Origin: Podarcis melisellensis
Lineage: Eukaryota
Length of the DNA stretch: 64,000 nt
Assembly: GCA_964234715.1 (NCBI GenBank)
Contig: OZ174291.1
Reading direction: 5' to 3' (one strand)
Below are positions 54,796 through 64,000 of this stretch, one piece after another. The notes beneath the pieces were generated by a model, which was not told the DNA's origin, made no database searches, and worked only from the letters and a program-made list of their open reading frames with translations. Made by a program: the position numbers and the translations under genes. Within the stretch, counting starts at the first letter, position 1. Every line of letters begins with the position of its first letter.

Positions 54796-55537
54796 TTTAA
54801 CAAATGCTTTCCCCCAGTGTCAGGATCCGTAATCTTGCAATTTAACCCTGTCCACAATGAAGTGAGCACACTTCTAGAGGCGCTCACCTGCTCAAATTAA
54901 CGCATGTTTGCATGCACTCTTGCTACAGTGTAAATCCTTTCAATTTCAGTGAGGTTGTCTTCCCAGTAAACCAGTGAGTGAGCTATTAGCCTCGGTTCCT
55001 CAGCTACATCTGGGCATCCGATTCTCTGTATCAATAGTGGTTCCACAACATCTTGTTCCTTCTTTTATTTATATCTGCGTTCGTTAACTTATGAAATGAG
55101 TTCTCTGGGTGCCATCTTAGACCTTGACAATTTTTAGGTGGGATTATTTAAAACAACCCCACCTAACAGATAGGTGAAGCGCTGATGCTTTTATCAAAGA
55201 TTCCAGACACTTTCGAGGTGCCTGGATGAGTTTCAAGTGCTGTTTACTCTTAGCTTGGGGTACGGGGGACTGTTGAAGCTTTGTTCAGGTGTTTTGGCTG
55301 CTCTGGTGCAGATATCACAATAATATAGAGGGAAAATACCATGCTTTCAGCATGCTTCCCTCACAGGGGAAACAGCTGCTGTAGCAGCTGTTCTTGGGGC
55401 TTCCTAGGGTGAGGAGCCAGATGCAAACTAAACGGTACCTTCTTTGCAAAAGCAAGGACCTAAAATCCCAGGGATAGAACACACCGGTTGTTCGGTTTTC
55501 CCATCACCTGCAATGAATTCTCGCCTCTCAGAACCAG

Positions 55538-55544
<7 letters not shown>

Positions 55545-55588
<44 letters not shown>
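55545..55588. repeat. (AC)22 microsatellite
   Basis: Direct read. Confidence 0.95.
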
Positions 55589-55591
<3 letters not shown>

Positions 55592-55919
55592 CTCACCCAG
55601 CAAACCACAAAAGGTAATGTTGGCAGTCGAGAAAGCGTTTGTATTCCCCTACTGCCAGTTCCTTGTGGTTCCCGCTTGCAAACACAATTAATTTAAGAGG
55701 CTTGTTTAGACAAGAAAAGCTCACTGGTTTTAATAGAAAGCGTTTCCTTTTTGAAATGTATCTCTTGCTCGCTCGCCTCTCTCGCTTCTCGTGAAAAGCC
55801 TCCCTCCCCAGATTTAACCGATTCATCATTTCCAGCTAATTCCCACCCTGGAAAATAGCAGCTGGCTAACCTATCCCCAAGATGACCCCAGGGCAAAGGT
55901 TGCAGAAATATTTTGCAAT

Positions 55920-56060
55920 CAACCATTCCTGCATTTCTGTGACTCAGCTAAGGCTATCTGTGCTCACCTTTTGTGGCAGTGACGCCACTGGGCTACTGAG
56001 ATGGCACAGAATGTTCACTGACATTCCAGCTGCTTAGAGAACATAGGTGTTGGAATGCCT
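55920..56060. promoter_or_regulatory. Candidate TEAD/AP-1 enhancer upstream of the AHNAK coding exons
   Basis: CATTCC 55924, TGACTCA 55940, ACATTCCA 56021, TGGAATG 56051. Confidence 0.4.
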
Positions 56061-57094
56061 GCAATTCTGCTTTTGTGGGGGATAGGGGAACTGGCAATCT
56101 GGCTGGGAGCAAATGGATCACATTAGCCCTAGGGGCAGAGATAGCTTTGTGAGGTAGGCAGTCAGGAAGATGTTCCCTAAAGAAGGGTTAGTGAACCCGG
56201 AGGCCGTGTTGAATCCAGGGGTGGTTGAGGGTTTTTTAAATTGAGCCGGCTAGCAAATTCTTTGGTTGAAAATTCCCAATTTATTTAATATATATTGAAA
56301 TTTACATTTCATAAAAAGGGAACTGCTAGGTCTGGCCTCATGCTACCAGCAGTGATTGACCAGATACCTCTGTTGGATTGGGTATGAAGGCAACAGAGCT
56401 CTCTATTTATAGGTCTCCCGGCATCTAGTATTCAGAAGCAGACTTCCTCTGAATAGTGAAGTGCCATTTAAATCTCATGGTTTGTAACTAGCATCTCCTC
56501 CATGAATCACAACCTCCCTGCAGCAGACACTGCTTCTATCTGCATGCTTTCAAACATATCTCCACAATCATGAGGTCTAGAAACTTCCTTTGCAATGAAA
56601 GCAGATTCTCAGGGAATTTGCTCCATGCATGCCAGGCAATGCATGATGCACAACCAAAAGGACCACCTACAGGGAAGTCTGCAAACTGACACGTGGCATC
56701 AGTAAGCATTTAGATATTTCTGGCAAAACTAGGGTGTTTTTTACTATTATTTTTAATTATGTTGTTGCGAATTAGGAAGGGTAAATGGAAAAAAGGAAGC
56801 CGTTCACCTTTGGGTGCAGGAAAAACTTTTTAAGCAGATTTAATTGGGGAGGGAGCAAACTTCCTTTTCTGGGAGGGGCAGAACTTGAAACAGTGCAACT
56901 TCCCTATTATGGAGTAAATTTATCTCAACTTTTATTATGCATGTGCAACCCCGATGGGACGCTGGAATCTGCTTAACACTCGTTTAGTACCAGCGAGCTT
57001 GGGATCCTGTTTCCCTGTGTGGGAATCTCAGCTCTCCCTACATTCCTAAAAAGCCTCTGTCCCAGACTCTTTCTGCTTCCTTCTAAAAAAAAAA

Positions 57095-57097
<3 letters not shown>

Positions 57098-57126
<29 letters not shown>
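57098..57126. repeat. (GT)n microsatellite
   Basis: Direct read. Confidence 0.9.
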
Positions 57127-57131
<5 letters not shown>

Positions 57132-57244
57132 CTAGATTTATTGTGGCACAAACTTTCATATGCAAGAAGCTACAATAAACCGAGCCCAGCTTTTTCCAAT
57201 ATGAAGTGCAAAGCTCTATGGCTCTGATGATCGTGGCTTTAATC

Positions 57245-57610
57245 TACAGAGGCCTTTAAAGCCCTAAACGGCCTCAGTCCTGTATACCTGAAGGAGCGTC
57301 TCCACCCCCATCGTTCAGCCCGGACACTGAGATCCAGCGCCAAGGGCCTTCTGGCGGTTCCGTCATTGCGAGAAGTGAGGCTACAGGGAACCAGACAGAG
57401 GGCCTTCTCGGTAGTGGCGCCCGCCCTGTGGAACGCCCTCCCATCAGATGTCAAAGAGATAAAGAATTACCTGACATTCAGAAAACATCTTAAGGCAGCC
57501 CTGTTCAGGGAAGTTTTTAATATGTAATGCTGTACTGTTTTTAACACTGATTGGGAGCCGCCCAGAGTGGCTGGGGAAACTCAGCCAGATGGGCGGGGTA
57601 TAAATAATAA

Positions 57611-57655
<45 letters not shown>
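57245..57655 (+). mobile_element. Young 5'-truncated L2 LINE with (TTA)n tail
   Basis: KALNGLSPVYLKERL...RAFSVVAPALWNALPSDV...FRKHLKAALFREVF; CpGs retained; (TTA)n at 57612-57655. Confidence 0.85.
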
Positions 57656-57656
<1 letters not shown>

Positions 57657-58847
57657 TGTCGCAATAAAATCTGCTGGACTTTAAAGGTGTGGCAGGACTC
57701 TTTGTTGCTTTTCAGTAAAGAGAGAGAAAGAGAATGAAGAAGACGCCAGAGGGAGGGGAAGAGAAAACAACAGTAATGGGAGATGGATGTGGAGCAGAGG
57801 AGCAGCAAGCTGTCTTTTTTCACTGAATCAGTCCATTGAACTATCTAGGCTCAGTATGCCAATTGGAAGCAGTGGCTTTCCAGAGTTTCAGGCAAAAGTC
57901 TCTCCAAGCCCTATCTGGAGACGCCAGGGATTGAACCTGGGCCCTTTTGCATGCAAGGCAGATGTGAGCTCTATCCCTTTCCCAAACGCGGTCAGATGCT
58001 GCAACCTTCTGCTCTGCTACTCAGCGGTGGGGCCTCCAAAAACACAAGCTGTAATTTAGCTTTCTCTGCTATTTTGCACTGCCTTCTATGGCACAAGACA
58101 CCAGAAATGCCCTGGCAAGGGCACCCTCTGGCACAGTCCTTCTGACAACTTTCCCTGCTCCATCCTCACATTACAGCTGCCAAGATCTTTTCCCGTTAGT
58201 CCTTCACAGCATCAGACACAGCATCCTTCTCAGGGGCAGGAAACATCTCAGCGGAGAGGATCTGCTTTGGATGCAGAAGGAGCACACTTCCAGGCCCTAC
58301 CCAGAAACCCTGGAGACCTGCAGCCGCCAGGGAAGAAAATGCTGAGCTGGAGAGCCTGACGGCTTTCTACGCTCCTATCAAATGCAGGCAAGCAGGTAAG
58401 TCTGCTTTTCCACAGGCAAGGACTTTACGGCACAGCTGAGAAAGTGGTTTCGCCCCGCCACTTTTCACCCAGTGGCACACATCGTCCTGCAACTGACCGA
58501 CAACCCTGTTTTTGGGGGGAGGGGCATAGACACAGGACCCCCTGAGCCAAGATTGTTCAGTTACTGATCTCTTGGGGAAAGCAGAGACAAAAGGACCACA
58601 CCCAGCTTTGTTCCTCTGGACATAAGCCTGCAGGCTGGGTGTGATTGCCTCACAGAGATGACTCACAGCACACTCATGCACACAAACAGGCTGGATCAGA
58701 GCAAAGGGAGAGGCTTCGGCAACCTTTGTGGAGTCTTGCAGCCAAGCCAGCCAGCCCAGACATTTTAGCGACGCGCAGGCCTGGAGTTAAGAGAACCAAC
58801 AACTGAAAATGGAACTCGTTTTTTAAAGCTTCTACATGCATATTCCA

Positions 58848-59195
58848 GGGACGCTGGTGGTGCTGTGGGTTAAACCACAGAGCCTAGGACTTGCCAATCA
58901 GAAGGTCAGCGGTTCGAATCCCCGTGACGGGGTGAGCTCCCGTTGCCTGGTCCCAGCTCCTCCCAACCTAGCAGTTTGAAAGCATGTCAAAGTGCAAGTA
59001 GATAAATAGGTATTGCTCCGGTGGGAAGGTAAACGACGTTTCCGTGTGCTGCTCTGGTTCGCCAGAAGCGGCTAAGTCATGCTGGCCACATGACCCAGAA
59101 GCTGTACGCCGGCTCCCTTGGCCAATAAAGCGAGATGAGCGCCGCAACACGAGTCGGTCACGACTGGACCTAATGGTCAGGGGTCCCCTTTACTT
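58848..59195 (+). mobile_element. Full-length Sauria-type SINE
   Basis: GGGACGCTGGTGG head, B box GGTTCGAATCC; perfect 15-bp TSD TACATGCATATTCCA at 58833-58847 and 59196-59210. Confidence 0.92.
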
Positions 59196-61719
59196 TACAT
59201 GCATATTCCACTTTGTGCAGTGCAAGGAGTACCAAGCCATCTGCGTTATCCTCACAAAATCTGCACCAAGTTAGCTTTCTGGCTGAATGAAGATTCAGAC
59301 CTGGGTCTCTCCAAGTCCTGGTCCAGCATTCCAAACCACTACAACTTGCTTCCTTTTGACCCATACAGTAAAAGAAGCCCTTTCTGGATTTCCGATAGCA
59401 CAACTTGCATCCCAAAAAGACCTGTTTTGGAAGGCTGAAGAAGGATTAGCCACACAGCGAGAGGAGTCCCTTGAACCTCGTTGCTGCATAAGTCACTCTT
59501 TCTGGGTGTGCTTCCTGACTGGACTCGTCCAGAGATGCAACAGGGCACCCTCCTCTAAGAGCAGGTAATTTATATTGGTGTAGGAGCAAAATTACCTGCC
59601 TTCTGGGTGGCAACAGATATTTGGGCCAACAAAAGTTACTGTGTTTCCAGTTTTATATCTGTTAAAAATCTAAAGAGCAGAAACTCAAGTTTTGCCTCCC
59701 ACCTGCCAAATGCACGGCCCATGGTCAACAAACCACACCTTGCGAAGCCAAGTGATACAACCCTCAGCCATGTCAGTCAGTAAGTGACTAATGAACAGGT
59801 GAAGGATGTCCGGAGTCTGTTGCAGTTTTAACTCACCCACACAGGGCTGTGGGCGTCTTGCTGCCAATATCTTTTCTCTCACACATAGAATTCTTTTCTT
59901 TTAATTTTATTTTTTATAAAAAATCTGTATTTTCCTGCAAAGCATACATAGAAAATTTCAAACAAGCAGCAATAATTGAATTACATTAAAGAAAACAAGG
60001 ACTGCCAACAAACTCTGGTATCACACGGAAAACGAGACAGTTCAGTATCAACCTACAGTCACAATAAATAATAGTATATTTCACGCATCTGGTGTTGTTT
60101 TTGGTCTCATAGTTTATGTTCCTCAAACAAGTGACCAGGGACTCAGCTATACAGCTGCAAATAAAACATTTCAAGTGTGTTGTAAAGTGCAATATGCATG
60201 TGCGACACTAGATGGCAACAGGGAGCTATGACAATTGAATGTATTTTTTCAAAACATTTTTAAAGAAGCATTTTCACAGCGTTTTGTTATATGTGTTTAG
60301 ATTCCACCCAACAGTGCTTGGGGAAAGTATCCATCGGATAGATTTCTGACAAGCAGAATAAATTTCAACTGAAACAGGCATTCTGCAAGCCTGGCACACG
60401 GTCTCTACTAGGCAGGGATGAGGATAGTCGAAATTTAAAATGTTGCTGTTCCTCACAGGGGTGGGGTGGGGGGAAGAAATCTTGCTCCCAAATGAGTGGA
60501 GGATGAAATCTGGGCAGAAGTCACCATGTTTTTTGCGCCCACAACTTTTCAGAAAAAATGCTATGCGTGTGGAATTTTGAGGTCATGAAAACAATGGCCA
60601 GAAGTCATCACCACAGACAGCAGCAAAATAAAGGTAGAAGTAAGAAGATGACCCAGCAGTCCTGGTCAAAGTAGATTGCCTTCCCCCAAACACAGCAGTG
60701 GTTTTCGCTGCCCGAAGAACATCAGCAAAATGGCTTCACAAATTTCAGGTGGCATCTCTGGGTACAATGCCCACAACTGTCTACTCTAAGAACTATTCCT
60801 TTTCCCTACAGAACCCTGGGAACTGTAGTTCTGTAAAGTGGGTATGGAATTTCAGTAGAGGATTCACAGCATCCTTCAGCAAACCACCATTGCCAAGATT
60901 CCTAGTGATGAATTAACACGTTTTTCCCCCAATTTTTTAAAAAATATTTTTAATGATTCTGCTGTATGGTTTCTTGTTTTTTAGTGCTGTAAACCACTCA
61001 ATATATTTTATAATACAGCGGTATGCAAGTATTTTTTATCAATAAACAAACACAATTGTAATATAGCAATGCCTAGAGCCTTAGTTTCAGCTAACAGGCA
61101 TAACAAACACCTTCTTTTTAAAAATAAACCCACTGCGTCCAACACTGGGAGATATTTCTTGCGGCTCAGAAGGTGGCTCACGGAATGTTTCACATCCGAT
61201 ATTATCAGAAATTATTACAAGACTCTCAGAAGCTAAGCCACTATTCATTTCCTCCTATCAGTCTGGGTTTTCCAGATATCTAATGCAATCCAAGCTGCAT
61301 GGTATTTATACACTGACTAGCTTCAAGGTTTGTAATACGAAAACACACACCAATAAACTGCAATAATTTATAATCATTAGAACACAGCAGCCAAACTAAT
61401 GAAAGAATCACAGACATTAGAACAAGATGCTAGCAAGCGCACAGCATGCTCATGAAATATTGAGCAAATCTCAGGGTCTCAGGGTGTGGGTAACTTTATA
61501 CTTGCGTGGGGTTATTTGGCTCTGAGAAGGACCCTAAGCTTTGTGGGACAGCACGTGCTGTGTGCAAAAGTTCCATCGCTGCTGTTGATGTGTGCGGTCG
61601 AACGTTCAGGTATGCAGCAACAATAAAGAAGCCTTTTTTTCTGCTGAGAAGTCCCAGACAAAGTATTCCTCAGCATCTCAAAAACAAATCTGAATGCAGG
61701 TGCAGACTAGGATGAAGCT

Positions 61720-62140
61720 CTCCAGTTAAAAGGCTTGTTGGAAGTGGAAAGTCTTTGGTCGGCATCGAAAAGCAGCAGAGACAGCACATGTCTAATATTC
61801 CAGGAGAAGGGATTCCCGAGGGCAGGGGTGCCACCACACAAAAGGCCCAATTCGTAGACCGTATGGAACGGATCTCCTGATAAGACAGCAGAAGGCCATC
61901 AGCTGCAGAGAGCAGTGATCAACTGGATATATAAGGGGTAAGACGATCTTGCAGGTGTCGTAGTCCCAAGCTGCATATACACCAAAACCAACACCTTGAA
62001 CTTATCCTAGTTGCTAATTGAGAGCCAGTGCCATTCTTCCAACAGTGGGGTAATGTTTCAGTGATATCCTGCACCGGTGAGCAGTTGAGTCGCCACATTT
62101 TGCAACAGCTTCCAGACCACCCTCAAGAGCAAGCCCAGAG
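61720..62140 (-). mobile_element. Degraded L2 LINE 3' fragment
   Basis: Reverse complement resembles the L2 pieces at 7620, 19170 and 57245; boundaries approximate. Confidence 0.6.
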
Positions 62141-64000
62141 CAGAAAAAATTGGGCTGGAAGCACAAAGAGTTTCATCTGGCATTGGGGGGGGGGTTTCCT
62201 GTGTCTACTGATCCAGGGTACACACACAGACACCTCGTCCACCAGACCCCAGTCTTGAAACTGCCACATCACTGCGAAACACTCCTAGCTTCACACACCT
62301 GCTGGCTGGCTGCATCCAGTCCCAGCTCCTTTGTACGTGTATCTAGATAATGCACACTGTTAAAAATCAGTATGGTGTAGGATGTTAAAAAAGATTCTGA
62401 TCACAGAGATCTGGGCAATGAAGCTCATTGGGTAATGCTGGGCAAAATTGTTCTCTCCCAGCCTTACCTACCTCACAAGGTTGTTCTGCAGATAAAATTT
62501 GGCTTGGGGAGCAGGGGGGAGATCACTTGAGTGATCGAACTGAGATGAAACACTTACTTTCATGTAATAAAATTTATATAACTGCTTGACTGTAAAAAAA
62601 CAAAACAAAACAAACCCACACATCCCTAAGAGGGCTACATGTTGCACTTGAGTGGAGAACAAGATAAAAATGCAACAGACACGTTTTCAGATACAAATAT
62701 TAAGGCACGTGTTTTCAGATTTAAAAAGTACCGCACACATTTTCAGACGAAAATGTACTGCGCACCTTTTCAGGAGTACAGGAAATGGTCCTTCTAGAGG
62801 GACTCCTATCTTTTACGACTGAAACTCTCACCAAACATAACTACTGTCTACGCAAGCCAAGGGGTCCTACCCCCATAACGCCCCAAGGAATGCCCCCGCC
62901 CTCCCCTCTTCTACTGCCCCCCCGTGGAGTTCAGTGCCAGCTGCTCTGTGGCCTTGGCAGCAAGGAGGGCCATTGAGTGAGGCAGGATCCTGGCTCATCA
63001 TGCCTGCCTGTCCCCAGCTTTGAAAGAAGAAACCAGCCATCGCAAGGGAGCTATGCCAACCACGAGGGCCCCGCCAGTTGCTTCTATTCGGAGGGGGGCC
63101 ACGTGCTTGAATTCTCCGTATTTTTAGAACCAACTGCTTGGCCTCAAGAGCTATGAGCCGGTCAGGCTTTCTTGGGATCGCCGGGGTTATTACTGGAAAA
63201 GGGGAGGTTGCAAAACACAGCACGACATTCCCACAATGTCACGGGAGAGGGTATTCTGCGGCAGAATATCTCACTGGGCTCGAGATAGGAAGTCGTCAAA
63301 ACAGGGGCTGCGTTTCTGTTGGGAAAGCCCAGAGGCAGCCCTTCCAGGAGGCAAGGGAGACACTCTGGTAATCCGAGAGTGGTGGTCTTCAAGCGGTCAG
63401 CCGTGCTCTCATAACCAGGGGCTCCCCAAGGAAGCACCCCAGAGCCCTAGCACCTCTGAGGTATGGGCAGTGGCTAGAATGTCGGGCCAGTACTGTGTTC
63501 AAATCCTACAATGCTCACCATGTGACACTCAGCCTGACCTACCTCACAGGGGTGTTGTGTGAGGATAAGGCAAAGCGAGAAATATCGCATGCTGCCGCCC
63601 TGAGCAACTTCAAAGAAAGGTGGGGCTGAAGATGTGTGAAATAAATGCACCTGCTCGCCCCAAATACCCAATGCCTTAGATTTTAAGGGTGGCAAGGGAG
63701 GAGATGAATGGATCTGACTGGCACAAAAAAACCCATTGAAATTGTTTATTTATTAAAATGTATACACTCCCCCCACACCCATTTTATAATGTATATAAAA
63801 CAGAGAGAGCAATTAAAACAGATGAAAATCAAAAGATGAAAAACAAAATTATAAAACAGTCACGCAGAAGAAGTGCAACTGCACACGTGGCTTAAAATAA
63901 CAACATCCAAGTAAAGTCTATCAACGTGATCAGATTATCAAGTATAGTTCCAGATTTGCCAGGCTTATTTATACAGTGTTTGACTGGGGGGTGGGGGAAC

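Noticed and set aside
58848-58930. tRNA-like A/B boxes (also near 9690, 10800 and 26740)
   Set aside because: These are SINE heads followed by SINE bodies and TSDs, not cloverleaf tRNA genes.
50000-64000. AHNAK exon 1 and core promoter
   Set aside because: No convincing CpG island plus donor found; probably beyond the right edge. ORFs here are random or repeat-derived.

Overview
Vertebrate genomic DNA, very probably a squamate (lacertid-type) lizard, judged from Sauria-type SINEs, BovB, L2/CR1 and Penelope repeats. Four intact spliced protein-coding genes were reconstructed exon by exon with consistent phases. SNX15 (-): 8 exons, 6396-15246, 382 aa. ARL2 (-): 5 exons, 17074-20797, 184 aa, with a U12-type intron 1. 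SAC3D1 (+): 2 exons, 23452-25446, 347 aa, or 385 aa from ATG 23338. AHNAK (-): coding exons 49015-49171, 47861-48048 and a 15.9-kb giant exon 31084-46983, 5414 aa; a probable non-coding exon at 49770-49863, and exon 1 not found. The rest is intron/intergenic DNA dense in MITEs, SINEs and LINE fragments, often nested, plus a CpG-rich probable promoter/first exon of an unidentified gene at the left edge. Most ORF-track entries are spurious. No clearly new multi-gene system can be demonstrated from sequence alone. The best leads are: (1) an unannotated exon-like frame downstream of AHNAK ending in a basic patch plus CaaX motif, next to an AHNAK C-terminus shorter than the mammalian one; (2) a 5'-inverted, twin-priming-like BovB insertion inside a foldback element upstream of SAC3D1; (3) a Penelope inverted repeat carrying a degenerate minimal hammerhead ribozyme inside a three-level TE nest; (4) higher-order 828/1656-nt repeat architecture in AHNAK.
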